Source: Clostridia bacterium (GTDB taxonomy: Bacteria; Bacillota; Clostridia; Christensenellales; CAG-138). From it: a stretch of 30,569 nt of DNA. The stretch spans positions 1-30,569 of the forward strand of contig JAZNWT010000066.1 in assembly GCA_045593465.1 (NCBI GenBank), given 5' to 3'. Both the position numbers and the translations under genes were made by a program. A model generated the notes under the pieces. That model ran no database searches. It worked only from the letters and a program-made list of their open reading frames with translations, and had not been told where the DNA came from. Below, piece by piece: positions 27,414 to 30,569 of this stretch; the first letter of the stretch is position 1, and each line of letters starts with the position of its first letter.

Positions 27414-28106
27414 ATGCAAAAGCATCAAAACATACTCGATTATTTTTCAAAAGCAGAGCTTTGTTTGTGGAGCGGTTCCGTTATTGTAACTGTTCTTGCA
27501 TTTATTATATTCGACAGCTCAAACTGTTTGTCGCTGATAGCTTCCCTGCTTGGTGCAACGGCACTTATTTTCAGTGCCAAGGGCAATCCCTTCGGTCAAT
27601 TTTTGATGATAGCTTTCGGTATTTTATACGGATATATTTCATACACATTTGCCTATTACGGTGAAATGATAACCTACCTCGGCATGACTGCACCGATGGC
27701 GTTCATATCTTTAATTTCCTGGCTTCGCAATCCTTATAAGGGCAATAAAGCCGAAGTTGAGGTGAACAAGCTGAAAAAGAGCGAATTTTTTATACTGCCC
27801 GTATTTTCCGTCGTTGTCACCGTTGCTTTTTATTTCGTTTTAAAGTTTTTCAACACTGCAAACCTCATACCGAGTACCGTTTCAATCACCACCAGCTTTG
27901 TTGCAGCATATCTCACATTCAGGCGAAGCCCGTATTTTGCCCTTGCCTATGCCATAAACGATATTATTCTGATAATTCTGTGGGTATTGGCATCAATCAC
28001 CGATTCTTCGTATATTTCCGTAATCGTCTGCTTTGTGATGTTCCTGTTCAATGATTTGTACGGTTTCTTTAATTGGTTGAAAATGCAAAAGAAGCAGGGA
28101 GAATAA
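27414..28106 (+). CDS. pnuC: PnuC-family (NMN/nicotinamide riboside transporter-like) membrane transporter
   Basis: True start probably ATG 27414 (GGAGG at 27404-27408); 7-8 TM segments; AKGNPFGQ, YYGEMITY, RRSPYFALAYAINDIILIILW, NDLYGFFNW. Confidence 0.85.
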   Translation: MQKHQNILDYFSKAELCLWSGSVIVTVLAFIIFDSSNCLSLIASLLGATALIFSAKGNPFGQFLMIAFGILYGYISYTFAYYGEMITYLGMTAPMAFISLISWLRNPYKGNKAEVEVNKLKKSEFFILPVFSVVVTVAFYFVLKFFNTANLIPSTVSITTSFVAAYLTFRRSPYFALAYAINDIILIILWVLASITDSSYISVIVCFVMFLFNDLYGFFNWLKMQKKQGE

Positions 28107-28165
28107 AGGGGCTGTAAAAAAACATATTATCTTTTATCGGTGAGCTAATAGATAGCACAAACATT

Positions 28166-28213
28166 GGCTCCCTCTGATGAGGGAGCTGGCACCGTAAGGT
28201 GACTGAGGGAGAG
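28166..28213. repeat. REP-like intergenic palindromic element
   Basis: GGCTCCCTC-TGAT-GAGGGAGCT hairpin, then CACC-GTAA-GGTG mini-hairpin and a further GAGGGAG. Confidence 0.5.
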
Positions 28214-28274
28214 AAAATTGCAAGCCTGCGGCTTGAAGTAATAAGTTAGAAGTAATAGTGAATAAGTTATGTTA

Positions 28275-28303
28275 AAACTCCGCTTTTTCGAGCGGATTTT
28301 TTT
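28275..28303. terminator. Bidirectional terminator between pnuC and the MocR gene
   Basis: AAAACTCCGCT-TTTTCG-AGCGGATTTTTTT hairpin with A and T tracts. Confidence 0.65.
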
Positions 28304-28305
28304 CG

Positions 28306-28340
28306 TTCACTATTCACTATTCACTATTCACTATTCACTA
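28306..28340. repeat. Heptamer microsatellite (TTCACTA)x5
   Basis: Five exact copies; related degenerate heptamers at ~20874-20901 and ~30487-30503. Confidence 0.85.
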
Positions 28341-28351
28341 TTATTATTCCC

Positions 28352-29410
28352 CTACTGTCTGTCTTTTCTTGCCCTGTTAAGGTGCCTCTCAAAGCTTCCG
28401 CTTGAGATGAACTCGGCAAGCACGTATTGGTCAAGTACGGGTACGGTGCATGAATACATCTTCATTTTTTCGTTATAGCGTGAAATTAAGCTTTCGGGCA
28501 GTATCATATATCCCATTCGCATTGACGGCGAAAGACTTTTTGAGAATGTGTTCATGTATATTACCCGGTCCGAATTGTCAAGCGAATAAAGCGATTCAAT
28601 TGGGTGTCCACGCATGAAAAACTCGCTGTCGAAATCATCTTCAACAATGTAACGGTGTTCCTTTTCCTGTGCCCATTTCAAATATTCGTACCGTTTTGAT
28701 GCAGTTGCCGTTACTCCCGTGGGATAGCTGTGAAACGGCGTTACATGAAGCACATCTATATCATTTGCTTTAAGTGCTTCACTCTTTATTCCGTCCTCCC
28801 CCATCTCAAGGTGTATTACATCTGCTCCCGAATCGGCGTAGACGGTTTCTATCTGCGAATATGACGGATATTCTATTCCGTATTTCTTTTCGGTTCCCAG
28901 CATTCTTACAACAGCCTCATAAAGCTGTTCGGCACCCGAACCCACTATAATGCTTCTTGGCTGAGCATACATTCCCCTGTATTTCAGCAAATACCGTGCA
29001 ATGGCATTTCTTAAAACCGCACAGCCCTCATTGGGCGATTTCACAAATAAGTTTTTTCCGTTGTCCGCAATTACTTTTCTTATTGTTTTGAACCATACGG
29101 AATATTCAAAATCATGCTCGCCTATATTGTTTTCTTCGTCCTCAATAAGCGTAAGCGTTTTTGTGTTCGGCACTGTTGATATGCCAAAAAGCCCGTCTAT
29201 TTTACAAACATAAAAGCCACTCCGCTCCCTTGAAATTATATATCCCTCATCGGCAAGCAGTCTGTATGCCGCCTCAACGGTTATTGTACTGCAGCCGCTT
29301 TTATCCGCCATCACACGCTTTGACGGCAGTTTTTCATTTGCCCGGTATTCTCCGCTTATTATCTTTGATTTTATTTCCCTATACAGCTTATAATACTTCT
29401 TTTCTTTCAT
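28352..29410 (-). CDS. MocR/GabR-family PLP-dependent transcriptional regulator (PdxR-like), short form
   Basis: GntR wHTH (KLPSKRVMAD...TVEAAYRLLADEGYIISRERSGFYV) plus aminotransferase-like domain (VTPFHSYPTG, IVEDDFDSEF, NTFSKSLSPSMRMGY); divergent from pdxK. Confidence 0.92.
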   Translation of the reverse strand: MKEKKYYKLYREIKSKIISGEYRANEKLPSKRVMADKSGCSTITVEAAYRLLADEGYIISRERSGFYVCKIDGLFGISTVPNTKTLTLIEDEENNIGEHDFEYSVWFKTIRKVIADNGKNLFVKSPNEGCAVLRNAIARYLLKYRGMYAQPRSIIVGSGAEQLYEAVVRMLGTEKKYGIEYPSYSQIETVYADSGADVIHLEMGEDGIKSEALKANDIDVLHVTPFHSYPTGVTATASKRYEYLKWAQEKEHRYIVEDDFDSEFFMRGHPIESLYSLDNSDRVIYMNTFSKSLSPSMRMGYMILPESLISRYNEKMKMYSCTVPVLDQYVLAEFISSGSFERHLNRARKDRQ

Positions 29411-29435
29411 CTGGGTATATAAAATTCTCTCCTTT

Positions 29436-29470
29436 TGGTTATTTTTATATCACCACTTAATCACTATAAT
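29436..29470 (+). promoter_or_regulatory. Putative MocR operator and -10 box of pdxK
   Basis: Imperfect inverted repeat TGGTTA-N8-TCACCA (29436-29455) overlapping the -35 position; TATAAT at 29465-29470 without a good -35. Confidence 0.45.
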
Positions 29471-29515
29471 AATTCCATCATCATTTGTAAAGAAAATTTT
29501 TACGGAGGCGTTAAA

Positions 29516-30343
29516 ATGAGTTACAAAAGAATTTTGACAATACAGGACATATCATGTGTGGGACAATGCTCATTAACCGTTGCACTGCCCATAATTTCCG
29601 CCTGTTCGATAGAATGTGCCGTACTGCCCTCGGCAGTGCTTTCCACGCACACGGCAGGCTTTAGCGAATATACTTTCCGTGACCTTACGGACGATATGCC
29701 GCTCATATGCGAGCATTGGCAAAAGGAAAATATAAAGTTTGACGCTTTCTATACGGGTTACTTGGGAAGCACAAAGCAGATAGACTATGTTATAAACATT
29801 TTCGACTCCTGTGCAAACAAAAACGCAATAAATATCGTAGACCCTGCAATGGCAGATAACGGCAGGCTTTACCCTGCATTTAACGCTGAATATGTTGAAG
29901 CAATGAAAAAGCTCTGTGCAAAGGCAGACTATATACTTCCCAACATAACCGAAGCGTGCTTCCTCACGGGCATGGAGTACCGTGAAACATACGACGAAGC
30001 ATATATTGACGAATTGCTTTCAAAGCTTTATTCCTTGGGCAGTAAAAACGTGATACTCACAGGCGTGAGCTACAGGGAAGGCACAACGGGCATAGCGGTA
30101 TATGACGGCAAAGTAAAGCAATACTATGAGCATGAGTTTTTAAGCAACAGCTGTCACGGCACGGGCGACATATACGCAAGCTCATTCGTGGGTGCCCTTG
30201 TAAACGGTCACAGTGCATATGACTCGGCAAAAATAGCCGGCGACTATACGGTCGAATGTATAAAAGAAACCGCAAAGCTTGATAATCATTGGTACGGAGC
30301 GGCATTTGAAACGGCACTTCCCAAGCTTATAGAAATGCTGTGA
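29516..30343 (+). CDS. pdxK: Pyridoxal/pyridoxine/pyridoxamine kinase
   Basis: Start ATG 29516 (GGAGG at 29504-29508); ILTIQDISCVGQCSL, FYTGYLGS, IVDPAMADNG, PNITEA, HGTGDIYAS ribokinase-fold motif. Confidence 0.93.
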   Translation: MSYKRILTIQDISCVGQCSLTVALPIISACSIECAVLPSAVLSTHTAGFSEYTFRDLTDDMPLICEHWQKENIKFDAFYTGYLGSTKQIDYVINIFDSCANKNAINIVDPAMADNGRLYPAFNAEYVEAMKKLCAKADYILPNITEACFLTGMEYRETYDEAYIDELLSKLYSLGSKNVILTGVSYREGTTGIAVYDGKVKQYYEHEFLSNSCHGTGDIYASSFVGALVNGHSAYDSAKIAGDYTVECIKETAKLDNHWYGAAFETALPKLIEML

Positions 30344-30364
30344 AATGAATGTCGAATAATGGAT

Positions 30365-30393
30365 AAAGGATTAACGAAACCGTTAATCCTTTT
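30365..30393 (+). terminator. Terminator after pdxK
   Basis: AAAGGATTAACG-AAAC-CGTTAATCCTTT perfect 12-bp hairpin followed by T. Confidence 0.75.
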
Positions 30394-30454
30394 GATTTTA
30401 TCGTTAAAGTTACAAAGATAAAGCACGGCATCGTCCCCGTTTTATACATAAAAA

Positions 30455-30478
30455 CAAACTCCGCATTTGCGGAGTTTG
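30455..30478 (-). terminator. Terminator for the incoming minus-strand gene
   Basis: CAAACTCCGC-ATTT-GCGGAGTTTG perfect hairpin with an A-run on its left side. Confidence 0.7.
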
Positions 30479-30505
30479 CACAACAATTATTCATTATTCA
30501 TTTAC

Positions 30506-30569
30506 TTACGCTCTTGCTTTTCTGATTGCAAGTATTCTCTGCATTTCGTTGTAGACGAGCATGAAGCCT
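30506..30569 (-). CDS. mal: C-terminal 20 aa of a probable methylaspartate ammonia-lyase (5'-partial)
   Basis: Minus frame reads GFMLVYNEMQRILAIRKARA-stop, which aligns with my recollection of the beta-methylaspartase C-terminus (GMMIVKNEMNRVLAL). Only 20 residues are visible. Confidence 0.55.
   Translation of the reverse strand, partial: GFMLVYNEMQRILAIRKARA

Noticed and set aside
27414-30343. PnuC as a vitamin B6 importer in a regulon with pdxK and the MocR regulator
   Set aside because: pnuC has its own promoter and a guanidine-IV-like leader, and is separated from the B6 genes by a terminator and repeats; proximity alone is insufficient.
1-30569. rRNA, tRNA, integrase, transposase, reverse transcriptase or cas genes
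   Set aside because: None recognisable in either strand or in the ORF track.

Overview
Bacterial chromosomal window with Clostridia-like genes and Shine-Dalgarno sites; finer taxonomy cannot be read from the sequence. Positions 1-17 kb hold a tandem array of five paralogous minus-strand genes; the leftmost runs off the window edge and is missing from the ORF track. Each encodes a Sec signal peptide, 2-4 copies of a ~135-150 aa module resembling the pseudomurein-binding repeats (PMBR) of Methanobacteriales, Pro/Thr linkers, and a compact C-terminal gamma-glutamyltranspeptidase (GGT, Ntn-hydrolase) domain. All five keep the catalytic Thr but have lost the canonical residues that bind a free glutamate alpha-amino and alpha-carboxyl group. 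My leading hypothesis (inference, untested) is a bacterial secreted enzyme family that targets gamma-glutamyl bonds of methanogen pseudomurein. The rest of the window: a degenerate GT2, two cyclophilins, a GT-C-like membrane protein, a sigma-region-2-like membrane protein and a PQQ-type beta-propeller; an AbiEi/AbiEii type IV toxin-antitoxin islet flanked by 63-bp direct repeats; a 44-aa Asn/Gln-rich ORF; an amidohydrolase; a guanidine-IV-like riboswitch upstream of a PnuC-family transporter; a short MocR regulator divergent from pdxK; and the last 20 codons of a probable methylaspartate ammonia-lyase.
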